This document shows positions 1-33,107 of a stretch of 64,000 nt of DNA, piece after piece; within the stretch, counting starts at the first letter, position 1; each line of letters starts with the position of its first letter. The position numbers were made by a program, and so were the translations under genes. This stretch comes from Chrysomallon squamiferum (taxonomy: Eukaryota > Animalia > Mollusca): contig CM022674.1 of NCBI GenBank assembly GCA_012295275.1, positions 1,054,001 through 1,118,000 of the forward strand. Reading direction: 5' to 3'. The notes beneath the pieces are model-generated. The model saw only the letters and a program-made list of their open reading frames with translations, ran no database searches and was not told the origin of the DNA.

Positions 1-287
1 CAGAATGGATGGTACTCAGAATCTATCTTTGCTTAGTTGCTTATGAAATACTGCCCAGCATTTTCTACTTTAATTTCAGCAGAAACGTCGGCAGTTCTAA
101 AACAATCGACCCGTCTTTGAAACAGACCGTAATACATAATTCAATAAACTGATAAGAAATTTTTTTACATTTTTAATCTTTATTACTAATATTTCATTGA
201 AGCTACCTAAATACATAAGCCAGATACATACATAAGAAAAACAGAAGTTTTAAATGTAAGAAGCAGTCCTTTATCACGAGAGACAAA

Positions 288-4612
<4,325 letters not shown>

Positions 4613-5407
4613 CACCACATAGAAGAGTAAATTTCCTGCTTGTTTCTTTGTTTTTCATTCATTTTGTTTCATCTATTCATTCATTCATTCTTTCATTCAT
4701 TGACTTACTTAGTTTTATACTCTTAGTTTCATTTATTTCTTGTGTACACGCAAATGCATTCAACATAACATACACACACACAAACACACAAATACACACA
4801 CACACACAAACACACAAATACACACGAACAGTAACACAAGCACGCCTAGTCAAGTACATATGTAAATACAATCATATGCACATTCATTACAGATAGAGAA
4901 ATTTTCACTCACATTATTTTCAACAAAAACATACACATGGATAAATGCACACACAGACGGACTCACACACACACACACACACACACACGCACGCACGCAC
5001 AGACGCACACACGCGCACCCACATCCTGGCCGAACGGGCGAATGGGTGTCAGATGCACATGTCTTGTTTGTGAGGTCGTAGTGGACTTCGCCTCCTTTGT
5101 CAATACGCTCCAGAATGTTGTCTCTGAGTCTAATGAGACATATATGTACATAATACATGCGTACATACATGCATAAATACATACATACACACAGATATAC
5201 ACATATACATACATATGTAGATACGTAGATACATACATATGTAGATACATAGATATGTAGATACATAGATACGTAGATACGTAGATACAGAGATATATAG
5301 ATACGTAGATACATAGATACATAGATATATAGATACATTTATTAATTAATTATTTAATTTATTTATTTATTTATTCATTCATTCATTCATTTTAATTTAT
5401 TTTCCAG

Positions 5408-5480
5408 CGTGTGTACATCTAGTATTTTATGCTACTTCGGGTTTTCTTTTTAAACTAAAAGAAACTGAATAAAGTGAAAA
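5408..5480 (+). other. Putative non-coding 3'-terminal exon with polyadenylation signal (copy 1)
   Basis: Pyrimidine tract and CAG acceptor at 5405-5407, then AATAAA at 5468-5473. Homologous blocks with acceptor and AATAAA occur at ~11560-11625 (copy 2), ~12355-12300 (copy 3, minus) and ~18998-18944 (copy 4, minus). Confidence 0.55.
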
Positions 5481-5592
5481 AATACATTTAAAAATCGAAT
5501 TTTGTTTTTGTTGTTTTTTCTTCTTCTTGTTGTTGTTCAGATTTCGAAAGATGGAAAAAGAGAAAGAGAGCGTATACAGAAAGAACTACTGA

Positions 5593-5752
<160 letters not shown>

Positions 5753-6739
5753 CTCAAGTATACTTTAACAATTATTTATTATCGATTTAGATTTTTGACT
5801 ATAAATTGTTTTTATTATTAACATTTTATTTATTTATTTATTTATTTATTTGTGGGTATACCTCAATAATACCTCAATCTACCTCAATAATAAACCATAA
5901 TTGTGCTTGTTATTAATATTCATGTTACCCATTAAACAAATAATCATACACAAAAGAAAGTAATAATAATAATAATAAAAAAAAAAAAATAATAATAATA
6001 ATAATAACAACAATAACAAGAAGAAGAAGAAGAACAACAACAACAACAACAACAACAATAATAATAATAAGAAGAACAACAACAACAACAACAACAACAA
6101 CAGCAATAACAATAATAATGGTTTTAAATGGAAACAAACTGGCTATATAACCGACCCAACAATGACATCATTTACCAGTTTTAACTTTCTCTATAGTCGG
6201 TTTTTATCTTTATTATCAGTATTTGATCATTCTGATATCATTTCATCCCAGTAAACAGTATACTATGTACACTCATCTGACGATATCGACAAAGAGTTCA
6301 TGAAAAAGAGTAACAGGTCAAGCAGGAATTTTGTATTTTTATAAATTCCTTCTCATCTTAGAATAGGTAGTGAACAAAATATTTCAACTATGCTAGCATA
6401 AAACCATATCTGGAATCGATCTGGATATAAAACATGTATGATGTATGAGAAAGTCAAAACTGAGAACCAACATTATATGAACGATATATCAGGATATTAC
6501 GTGAACATCGTAGATTTTGTTACCTGACATAATCAGTCTGCTACGTAAAGTCTATTAAATAATTAAATAGACTGATACAAGAGTCGGTTAGATTCTTGAT
6601 CTTTATTACCTGTTTTGTATTACTGCTACCTAAACAAGCAGCCGAGATGTATGTATAAATATTTAAAAGGAGGTAAATAAAAGAAAGGATACAAGAAAAG
6701 ATTGGCACGAGCAAGGAGACCTTTATCGCGAGAGACAAG

Positions 6740-10454
<3,715 letters not shown>

Positions 10455-10769
10455 TTTTACGTAGCAAAGTGAGTCGCATTTTTGTTGGGCTTTCGGGGGA
10501 TTCTTGTTGTTTTTGTTTTCTTGTGATCACGCAAATACATTCGACATAACATACGTGTATACACACATTCAAACACACAGATACACACGAACACTAACAC
10601 AAGCACGTCTAGTCAAGATATATATGTAAATACAAGTCATATACCCATTCATTACAGATAGAGATATTTTTCACACAAATTCTTTTGAACAAAACATACA
10701 CATGTATAAATGCACACACAGACACACACACGCACACACACACACGCACAAACACACACGCGCACATTT

Positions 10770-10940
10770 CGTGACAGAACGGTAACATCGTCCATCTTAG
10801 GACTGCGGGAGAATGGGTGTCATACGTTCGAGTCTCGTCAGCGGCATCTGACGGGTTTGTGAGGTCGTGATTGAACTTTGTCCTCCTGCGCCAGTACGTT
10901 CCCGAATATTGTCTATGTGCAGAGTCTAATCAGACGTACA
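10770..10940 (+). mobile_element. tRNA-like/SINE-like element downstream of the stop codon of the PAN-propeller genes
   Basis: Pol III B-box-like GTTCGAGTC at 10826-10834, followed by the hairpin CTCGTCAG-cggcat-CTGACGGG. Homologous copies at ~19400-19540 (minus) and, internally deleted, at ~5025-5140. Confidence 0.35.
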
Positions 10941-11410
10941 TGACAGAGAATATTGTTCACATCCTAAAATACATACATACATACATACATACATACATAC
11001 TTAAATACATACATACATACATACATACATAACGAACATACATATGTACATACATACTTAAATACATATATACATACATACATACTTAAATACATACATA
11101 CATACATACGTAACAAACATACATACGTACATACATACTTACATACATACATACATACACGTATAAATACATACATACAAACATACAAACATATATACAT
11201 ACATACAAACATACATAAATACATACCTACATATATACATACATACATACATACAAACATACATATATACATACATACATACATACATACATAAACACAT
11301 ATAGATATACATGTATAAATACATACATACATACATATATATATAAATACATACATAAATACATACATATATAAATACATACATAAATACATACATACGT
11401 ACATGTATAA

Positions 11411-11443
<33 letters not shown>

Positions 11444-11809
11444 TATATAAATACATGCATACATACATGCATACATACATACACACAACCTAGATATACT
11501 TGTTTATTTATTTATTTATTACTTATTCATTCATTCATTGATTTTATTTTATTTTTCAGCGTGTGTACGTCTAGTATTTTATACTGATTCTGGGTTTCTT
11601 TCTAAACTAAAAAAAACTGAATAAAGTGAAAAAATACATTTAAAAAGGAATTTCTTTGTTGCTGTATTTGTTGTTGTTGTTGTTGTTGTTCAGACTTCGA
11701 AAGAAGTAAAAAGAGAAAGAGATCGTATACAGAAAGAACAACTGAACCAGAGAGAGAGAGAGAGAGATACTAATGATGTTGATGATGAAAATAATAATAA
11801 TAATAATAA

Positions 11810-11840
<31 letters not shown>

Positions 11841-11898
11841 AAGAAGAAGAAGAAGAAGAAGAAGAAGAAGAAGAAGAAGAAGAAGAAGAAGAAGAAGA
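11810..11898. repeat. (AAG)n microsatellite between the convergent 3' ends of copies 2 and 3
   Basis: Directly visible. Confidence 0.9.
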
Positions 11899-12810
11899 AA
11901 ACCTTTACTAAAGTAAGAATTAAAGTTTCATTAAAAAAAAATGTAACGAATGTAAGAATATATGCAGGAAATTAATACAACTGTCTGGGGTTGGACGACA
12001 ATTCACAAAAATATGAAAAATTAAAATATAAAATAAAATAAAATAAAAACATGTCCCATCTCAAAAAAAAAAAAAAAAAAGTAAAAGTTTGAATCGTATA
12101 GCTAAGGAAAGTTTTTTTTCTTCTTGTGTTTTGTTTTTAGTTGTAAGACCCATGTCTTTAACTATTAAAACGATTCAACTTTGACAACTAAAATTTAGAT
12201 TCATATAAAAATCTGTCTTTCCCTCTTTCTCTGTTTCGAGCAAACGACGACGACGACAACAACAACAACAAAGGACAATTTTTTAATATGGAGTTCACCG
12301 TTTATTCCGTCATCAAAAGATAACATAAAACAGTACAAACAATATAAGTTCATACTTTGAAAATGACAAATGATAATAAGAACAACAACAACAACAACAA
12401 CAATAATAATAATAAAAAGAATAATAATAATAATTACAATAATAATACTAGTAATAATAGTAATAGTAATGATAATGATAATAATAATAACAACAACAAC
12501 AACAACAATAACACTATATATAATATATAATACTAACAAGAACAATAATATATTCAGATTGTGCGTGTATGGGTGTTTATGAGTTTGTGTGTATGAATAT
12601 ATAGATGTACATATTTGTGTAGATATATTTAAATAAATATCAACCATTATGTGCTTATGTAAATATAGTAAATAAATGAAATGGCAAGTATAAAAAAGTA
12701 AGTAAATGAATGAATGAATGAATAAATAAATAAATAAATAAATAAACATAACAAAATATCAGGAAAACCGTGTTACTAGTTTTTCTGTGTAGGGTCACAA
12801 ATATAAAAAT

Positions 12811-17575
<4,765 letters not shown>

Positions 17576-18019
17576 ATCGGTCGAAGCAACTGCCTTTTTT
17601 TAGTTTTAAATATTTTTTTCCTCTATATATACCTTTCGCCTGCATTTTTTGGGGAGGGATAATATTAATAAAATATTGGTACATGAAATTTTAAACGGTT
17701 CTGTTATCACAAACAGAAACAAACCAGCATCCTCAGAAAATGTGGGAGACAAATGGGTTATCTCCCTTAGTTGAATCCAGATATTATTGATGACTTTAAA
17801 GGAAAAGAGAAAAAGACAAGAGAACGAAAATGCCGATTAGGAACAATTAATCCATAATTAAACAGAATTTTCTGACTGCTTATGTCGATAGAGCCAATCA
17901 GGTAAGATTATACCTATAAAGATTAAAAGTTGAAGCCAAAATAAATAAAGTATGAGAAATAAGGTCTTATCGGGTTTTTGAAATATTTTTTGATAATACT
18001 TTTTTTCTGATATATATGG

Positions 18020-18050
<31 letters not shown>

Positions 18051-18190
18051 ACACAGACAGAGAGAGAGACACACACCGAGACACACGTATACACACACAG
18101 ACATACACATAGACACACACACACACACAGAGACAGAACAGAGACAGACATATGCACGTCTAAAAGAAACTTTAGCAATGTAAAATTCAA

Positions 18191-18225
<35 letters not shown>

Positions 18226-19104
18226 GTCGTGCCTTATGGTGGAGGGCGTGTCCTGCTGTGGGGGAGGGGTCTGAGGGCAGGAGAGGACTCACCTTTGGTC
18301 ACCTTTAACAGAAACTTGACAGTTCAGTTCAGCTTCGATGACGTTCTGTATCCTTTCATTTCTTCTGCAACAGTCACATGACATCATTTACCAGATAACA
18401 GTGTCAGCGTCAAACTATGGTTATGTTTCTTTACGCCGTGTGTGTATGTATCTATCTGTGTATTTCTTTTTGTGTATGTGTGTTTGTTTGTGTCTGTGTG
18501 TGTCTGTATCTTTGCGTGTATGTATGTGTAAACTCTTCGAGGCAACTGAGTGAGCCAACGTTCACGCATTTAGTTATACAATCCTCATAATGATGATGAT
18601 GATGATGATGGCGATGATCATAATGATGATCAAAACATGATGATAAAGATAATAATGACGATATTAAAGATCATAAAAATGACGTAATGATGTTGATTAT
18701 GGGCATAATAGTCAATATTATGAGCATCATAATGAGGATGGTGATAAAATAATGATGATTAGAATAGTAAAAATATGAACAGTAATGGTGATGATAATTA
18801 TTTTATTTGTTTATCTTTCTCTCTCTCTCGTTCGCTCACTCTGTTCACTGTTTCTTTCTCTTAGTTCCCTCTTTTGAAGTCTGAACAACAACAACAACAT
18901 CAACAACAACCAAATTCGATTTTTAAGCATAGTTATTTTTCTGTTTATTCTTTTACAACAAGAAAACCAGAATTAGTATAAAATAAAGTAGATGTACTCT
19001 GAAAGAAAGAAAGAAAGAAATAAAGAAATAAATAAAATAACAACACCAGCAGCACAATTACCACCCGCAACAACAGCAGGAATAACAACAACAACAACAA
19101 CAAC

Positions 19105-19135
<31 letters not shown>

Positions 19136-20180
19136 GCAATAGCAATAAAAATATTAATATTAATAACATTAACAAGCACAATAATATCAACAACAACAAC
19201 AATCATAATAATAACAACTACAACAACAACAATAATAATAATAACAATAACAGTATAAATAGTAATAACAACAACAACAGCAACAACAGTAACAATGGGA
19301 ACAAGTGACTATATTCTTTTCTATTCTGTAATGTATGTATGTATCTATGCATGTATGTATGTATGTATGTAGTTCAGGATTTTGAATTTTCTCTGTTTTA
19401 TGTACGTCTGATTAGACTCTGCACATAGACAAATATTCACGACCTCACAAAACCCGTCAGATGCCGCTGACGAGACTCGAACATATGACACCCATTCTCC
19501 CGCAGTCCTAAAGTGACGATATTACCAGTCGGACATGAAGCGTATCTGTGTTTGTGTGTGTGTGTGTGTGTATGGATATGGATGAGTGTGTGTGTGTGTG
19601 TGTGTATGCTTTGCTGAATGTATGTAGTATATACGTATATATGTTTACGTATGTAAATGAGTAGGCGTGCGTGTATGACTGTTCGTGTGTACGTTTGCAT
19701 GTATGTATGTATGTATATGTGTGTTATATTAAATGCGTTTGTATAATCAAAAGAAATAAAGGAAACTATGTGCATAAAACTACGTAATAAAAGATTAACT
19801 GAATGAATAAATAAATAAAACAAAATATCAGATAAAAGAAACATGCAACTTGTTTTGCCGTGTAGGGTCACAGATAAAACATAAATAAATCAATGAATAA
19901 ATAAATCAATAAGAAAGTAAATCAATAAATAAATCAGTGAATAAATAAGTCAATAAGCAAGTAAATCAATAAATAAATCCTGAACGTGGGTGCAGCTTAA
20001 TGAGCAGTGAGGAGTGAGACATTCAGAGTTTAAAAATGTTTTTCTGTTTCGGAGATGAAGATCAACGAACGATGCTGTGACGTTATTTTTGATCCTGGTA
20101 AACTGAGAGTTTTGATTAGGTTACCTTCACAGTCTAACATCATAACACCTCTGAAAAACAACAAAAACATACATAAATAA

Positions 20181-20211
<31 letters not shown>

Positions 20212-20220
20212 CACAGACAG

Positions 20221-20262
<42 letters not shown>

Positions 20263-20785
20263 GTAGGTAGGTAGGTAGGTAGGTACGTACGTACGTACGT
20301 AGGTAGGTAGGTAGGTAGGTAGGTAGGTAGGTAGTTAGATAGTTAGCTAGATAGATAGATAGACAGACAGATAGATAGATCTAATACTAAAATACTTAAA
20401 TGGATAAATAGATAGATATACAAACAGATAAAGCAACAGGAACAGACAGGCAGATAAATATAAATCTACTGAATAATAAATACCAAAAATAAAAAAATAA
20501 ATAAAAAATAAAGTATTGAGTGTTTTGTAAAAATAATTTTCATCGTTGGTATGATCTTTATTGTTATTATCACTATCATCATCATACTTTTGCTTATTAT
20601 GACGATGATCTTCGTCAATAGTAGTTAGTAGAAATAATTGTATTGGTAAAATAGTAAAGTGTGTGTATTAAGAAAATAAGTACTGGTATTACTAGAACTA
20701 GTAGTAGTTGTCATACAGAAATAAGATAAAATGTTATTACTGCACATTAACTGAAGCAACAACAACAACTACTACTTCTAGTAAT

Positions 20786-20915
<130 letters not shown>

Positions 20916-21193
20916 AGATATATAAATATTATTTTCTCATTTCATCGAAATAAAGTAAAATCAAATAACCTTTCGTAGTCGCTGATTGTGTACATAACTC
21001 CGTTCCATGGGAAGAATGTCATAAACCCTCGAAAATTGTTCTCATTTACTCGGATTTCAACGCGATCTTCACCCCACACATTTTCCGATGTTAACAGCGT
21101 CTGATCCTTACTATTCATCCAAATTAGTCTGTGATCTGATGAAAATAATTAAAACAAAACCGTATTTTCAAAATAAATAAAAATGTATATACA

Positions 21194-21293
<100 letters not shown>

Positions 21294-22470
21294 AACTAAA
21301 ATTAGTTATCTGCATAAAAAAGAAAAGCAGAGACGTACATATTGCATCAAAGGAGAAATGATATCCGCTTTCAAAGCCAGGAATTGTCTTCACTATCTTG
21401 CTATCATAGTCAGTACGTATGATTCCTTTAAGGTATATCTCAGAAAAGATGAGCCTGTCACATAAATGGATAAAAGAAATAATAAAAATAATGATGAGAA
21501 AACATTCAACTCATTTTAATAATCTATATATATATATATATCAGTGATCCCTTTATTGCTAGACGTAGGCTTAATTCAAACACAGATACAGTGTCATGCT
21601 GGAATTAGGAATTTCTAGGAATATAATCTAAGAAACAGGAGACTACTTATGTCAACAACAATAATACTACTACAATAATAATAATAACAATAACAAAAGC
21701 ATTTACTACTGTTGCTTCTACTATTACTTAATCTATCATTTCTACTACTACTACTACAACTTCTACAACTACTATTACTACTACTAAAAGTAACAACATT
21801 ACCAGGAGTATAACAACCACAATTACTACAACAACAATTACTACCACTGCTACTACTACTACTACCATTACTACTACGACTATTACTACACCTAGCTGCT
21901 GCTACTATTACAACAACAACAACAACAACAGCAATAATTATTATTATAGCGAGTACTGCTCCAACTACTACTACTATTGTTACTATTACTACCACTACTA
22001 CTTCTACTTCGTGTACCTCATTTCTGGGTCAACATACAGACGGATGAATCTGGCTCCCTTTTGTGTTAGAACCTTCGTTTGTTTGCCGCTGTGAAGGTCA
22101 ATGAACTCTATAACGTTGCCACCGCAATAATAGAGTCGGCGGTTTTTGCTATCCAGTGCTGTATCAGAAACGTTTGACTTGGCTGAAATTTAGTAGCCAA
22201 AATAGCAATGCGATATTTCTAAACTAGAAATTTATGAGAAGAAAAATGAAGTGAAACCTTTTCAAATTAAATAAATTCTAGTAGCATAACACAATTAAAA
22301 TTAAGACTGATGAAATCAATTTGAAATTGTTAAATTAATCTTAAAAAGACAAAGAGAGCGAGACAGGGAAAAACTTGAAAAAAAAAAGTATATTTCAGAA
22401 AGAAAAAAAAAGATACTGATAGAGAAAAAGAGAGGTAGTTTGCTGAACACATACATAAACACACACACAC

Positions 22471-22586
<116 letters not shown>

Positions 22587-22847
22587 CTTACAAGTAGAAA
22601 TAAATTTTTTGTCATTTCCCAAAAGACTTGATGATCAAAACTTTCTTTCTTGTGTGTTGATCCAGAAGATTCTTTGTGTGTTCACGTCCCAGTGCACAAA
22701 AGACATCTCATCATCAAGATCAACACTTTCCCGACTATTGTTCTTAATGTCGTGTATGTACAACGTCTTGCTCGTATCCTCGTAACAGAACACAAACCAG
22801 GCTGACAACCTCTCTGTAGTAATAGTGAAAAATATCAATAACAACAA

Positions 22848-22918
<71 letters not shown>

Positions 22919-22924
22919 TCTTAA

Positions 22925-24140
22925 TATCTTCACTGCTCACTCCAGATGGAATCAACGAAGATCAGTCTAGTCTGATGAATGGTAGATGCTCTAAGACCTT
23001 CGTAAAGTAAAACCAAGTTTAGCTTACAAATTCCAAGTTTTATGGACCAATAAAAATATCGACAAAGGTTCTGTTCACGGCCAACGTAACTTCCATTCAA
23101 CTCTTTCAGTTCTTATATTTATCCGGGGTTCAGTATAAGGACAACGTGGTTCAATATAAGGAATTCCTAGTATTCTTTGTAAATTCCACTTTTTATAACA
23201 TTATCTTTCGCCTAACTGAGACCGCTGCTCTATGGAATTAGAACAATAAAAAGGAAGGAAGAAAAAACATCAATTCAAAATAGCATTTTCATTGTGTGAG
23301 TTATATTGTCCAAATTCTCATATAAGATGAGTTTCGTTTTTAATCGCAACATATTTGACTGTGCCAACTCGGGAGTCATCTGAATGTCCGTCCTCGTCTC
23401 TGGCGGTATTTTGAAGTTGTCGTGTCTGGCTATTGACAGCTCTGTAGAAACATCCACCATCCAGACTTGTAGGTAGTAGTGTCAAAGAGGTAAGACGGAC
23501 GTCAGTGTTGTTGTTGTCTGGTCCTTGTGGATGCACGGTGCTCTTCTCTCTGGGACCACGACTCAGGTTCGGAATCTTCATTTACGGATTCGAGCAGAGC
23601 ACAGTGCTGTTCAGATTTGGTTAACTGTCAGGTTTGGTGTTGTCGTTACTGTCGCCATGATTCTGATGTCTCTGTGACGAGGAGTTCTATTATTCAGACA
23701 CTGATTCTGAACTTTCTGAACTTTCCACTTTTGAATAATCAGCATCAGACTACAAATCTGGGTTGCAGGGCCAAATGACGCAACATTCAGATCGGTGGTT
23801 CAAAATAGGGCACTAAACAGAAAAATACCTGCATGTAATTTTTCGGAAGGCGGCGTGAAATTCAATTTTGATTTCGATCCTTATATGCAGACTGTCCTAA
23901 TCTACAAATATGTAATATCCTACATATGCTCCTATGCACCTAACAACACAACACACTTACAGAAATAACAAACAAATTACATTTAAATCGGCGTTTTCAA
24001 ATTTTTGCTCATCCTTTTCGCGTCTGTTAACCTTTCGCTATTCTTAATATAACAAAATGCACCATGTCGACCGAGGTACCACAGTGTTGTGGCAAAACAT
24101 CTTTCAAACAATCTAAGGCTGAACAATGCTAGAGGTTCAC
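22925..24140 (-). mobile_element. Non-repetitive ~1.2 kb insertion in intron 1 of copy 4, with OTU-protease-like relic
   Basis: Complex sequence not present in the short intron 1 of copies 1-3. The minus-strand translation includes LPTSLDGGCFYRAV (cf. OTU DGNCxFRA) and, after a frameshift, NMLRLKTKLILYEN. Confidence 0.4.
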
Positions 24141-24198
24141 TATACGTACACTAACTGGTGCTGCCACTACTACAATTACTGTAATCACCTTATTGATT

Positions 24199-24320
<122 letters not shown>

Positions 24321-25429
24321 GAGATAGATAGAGAGATAGATAGGTAGACAGACAGACAAAGAGACAGACAGGGAGAGAGACATAGGCAGATATTTACCTT
24401 GATGTGTGTAGTAACTAGAAATGTTACTCAGTACTGGCGCATTGCAGCCTCCAGTGACAGCTTCAGTGTAAAGAAAACATTTGGCAGACGACTTTTCAAA
24501 CCTAAACGTCTTGCATCTGGGTTCAAGGTCACATTGCGCGGCACACATCAATTTACTCCTAGCTTTGTTGTCAGATATCAAATATCTTTCAGAAACCGTG
24601 ATTCCAGTTAAATTGTTATTTTTTGTCATTTTTGAACTCAAGGAATCACAGTTTACAGAAACTGAAGCGTCTGTTATCAAGTTGTCAAGTAGGGATGTTG
24701 TTATCAGTAGAAAGAAGAAAGAAAACGATCCACTCATTTTGAACACCTTCATTTTGTCTCTCGTGATAAAGGACTGCTTCTTACATTTAAAACTTCTGTT
24801 TTTCTTATGTATGTATCTGGCTTATGTATTTAGGTAGCTTCAATGAAATATTGGTAATAAAGATCAAAAATGTAAAAGATTTTCTTATCAGTTTATTGAA
24901 TTATGTATTACGGTCTGCTTCAAAGACGGGTCGATTGTTTTAGAACTGCCGACATTTCTGCTGAAATTAAAGTAGAAAATGCTGGGCAGTATTTCATAAG
25001 CAACTAAACAAAGATAGATTCTGAGTACCATCCATACTGAATTACATTTTACTGAACAAAACGAGGTTGTGTGTAGCAGCCTATATCTACCAGCCAACAG
25101 AATCTAGGATGCTGAGCTCCTGAATATCTGAAATACCTTTCCTATCTGCTGGTTGTCAGTTTTGACTTCACCATACATCATCCTTGTTTTATGTCCAAAT
25201 CGATTACAGTTGTCGTCTTCTTCTAGCATAGTTCAAATATTTTGTTCACAACTTATTCTAAAATAGAAGGAATTACAAAAATACACAATTCCTGTTTTAG
25301 ACCTACTACTGTGGTTTATGAACTGTTTGTCGATGTTGGCAATTGAGGGAACATGATATTTAAAGCTGGTGTTGGTTAAGGATGTCTTTGTTGACCTGTG
25401 GATATAGTCAGTTAGTCCCTATTTAAAAC

Positions 25430-25496
<67 letters not shown>

Positions 25497-25926
25497 GTTG
25501 TTGTTGTTGTTTATTATTGTTATTATTATTATTATTATTATTATTGTTGTTGTTGTTGTTGTTATTATTATCATTATTATTATTATTATTATTGATGCTG
25601 TTGTTGTTGTTACTATTGATGTTGTTGTTGGTTTTTTATTATTGTTGTTATTGTTTTTTTTTTTATTATTGTTCTTGTTATGGTTATTTTTTCTTTCTTC
25701 TAATTATCGCATGGCTGTGGTTGTTGTTATTATAATCTTGTTGTTGCAGCTATCTGGTGACCAGTTTCATAACCATGAAATTATTTCAAATAACTAATTC
25801 GTGCACAGAAGGAATCTCTTGACCAGAGTAGGAAGCCTTTTCCAGCATTTTTCCAAATAAAAAAATAAAAAAATAAATAGTAATAATAATAAATAAATAA
25901 TAATAATAATAATAATAATAATAGTA

Positions 25927-26063
<137 letters not shown>

Positions 26064-26219
26064 CAAAATAAAATAAAATAAAATAAATAAGTGATACACA
26101 ACAGAATGCTGCTGGTTAGTTCAGTTAAAGTTCACTGGACGCTTTGTTCTGTACATAAAGAATAATCAAAGCCGGCCATCGTAGTAGTTGTTGCTGTTCA
26201 TAATGCTGTGATGATGATG

Positions 26220-26273
<54 letters not shown>

Positions 26274-26804
26274 TTCACGATCTTTATCATTATTATCAAC
26301 ATCATTATTATTATTATTTTCACGATCTCTTTATCATTATTATCATATATCTTTCTTTTTTAAAAAGAATATTAAGAATGTTATATCATTTCATTAGTTA
26401 TAAATTATTCGGGCAAAAACGCACTTTATCTTTCAAGTTACTAATGTCAAAAGTTAATCTTCTGAAAACAGCGTAATGTCAGTTTTCATTTTCCTTTGTT
26501 CTACTGTCAGGCAAAGGGACACACACACATATATATATTTACGTACGTACGAACGTATAAACCTACATACATGCATACATACATACGTATACGTACGTAA
26601 ATACATACATACATACTATACATACATGCATACATGCACACATACCCCCCCCACACACACACACATATATACACACATACACACAGCTACATACATACTT
26701 ACACACATACAAACATGCGTGCATACTTACATACAGGTATATACGTCAAAACTAATACCAGTCGGAAATTGCCGATATTTCTTTTATTACAATTATTATT
26801 ATGG

Positions 26805-26854
<50 letters not shown>

Positions 26855-26967
26855 TGTGTGCGTGTGTCGGTTTCTGTACTGTATGTATACGTGTATGCAT
26901 AGGTTTGTCTGTGTATTTGTTTTTTGGGGTAGGAGGTGTATTGGTAATAGATATGTCAAATTCCCCT

Positions 26968-32276
<5,309 letters not shown>

Positions 32277-32691
32277 GATGAACGAAGTGATCTGTCTGTA
32301 TTTTTATTTATAAATACACTGCTTGACACCCTTGTATATATATATATATATATATATTGCAGTTTTAAATTATTAATTTGTATATGTTCAGCAGATTAGA
32401 AATAATAGGTTGTTTTTTTTTTTTTTTTTTTTTTTTTAATGACACGTCATAAATTATTAATTTTTTAATGGTCAACTTAGGATCAAATTTCAGTCAGTCG
32501 AAAACACTTAAACGATCATCACAAAATCAATTAATATTTTTATTTTTATTATTTTATTTTATTTATTATTTTAATTTATTTTATTAGGTGTTTTTTTTGT
32601 TTGTTTTGTTTTTTTTTTTTTTTTTTTTTTATCTCAGATTTTGATATTTACACAGGTAAATAGATAAACATACATACATTTATTTCAACAT

Positions 32692-32737
<46 letters not shown>

Positions 32738-32807
32738 ACAGACAGACACACACACACACTATTTATTTTACTTTCCCAAATGTGAAATGCGAGATAGTCA
32801 ATGGATC

Positions 32808-33107
32808 TCACTGCGCATGAGCGGAAATAAATTCATTTTGTTTTATTTCCGGGAGGGATGAAATTGAAACTAGGTTATTCCTGGCGTTAATATTTTTTAA
32901 ATATGTGATTTCAGTTATTCACTCTGTGATTTGAACGTCACATTTAACTTGCTTTATTTTAATTCAGCTGTATTTTGTCAGAACTTGGAACTCGGCGACG
33001 AACAAACTTGTGAAAGATTCGTAATAGTCTAATACCGTACGTCGGACATTTAACTATTTAATGATTATCTTACTAACGTAACTAAGCAGAACCGTTTAAA
33101 CTATAAG
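32808..33107 (+). promoter_or_regulatory. Putative promoter and non-coding first exon of the macrodomain gene
   Basis: NRF1-like TGCGCATGAGC overlapping ETS-like CGGAAA at ~32812-32827. Strong donor AAG|GTAAAT at 33107/33108. Matching acceptor CAG immediately before ATG 34183. Confidence 0.45.

Noticed and set aside
10770-10860. Functional tRNA gene
   Set aside because: Only a B-box/T-arm-like motif is present. I could not build a cloverleaf or find an A-box.
22635-22637. Selenocysteine reading of the in-frame TGA
   Set aside because: Copies 1-3 have Trp, not Cys, at this site, and no SECIS could be supported.
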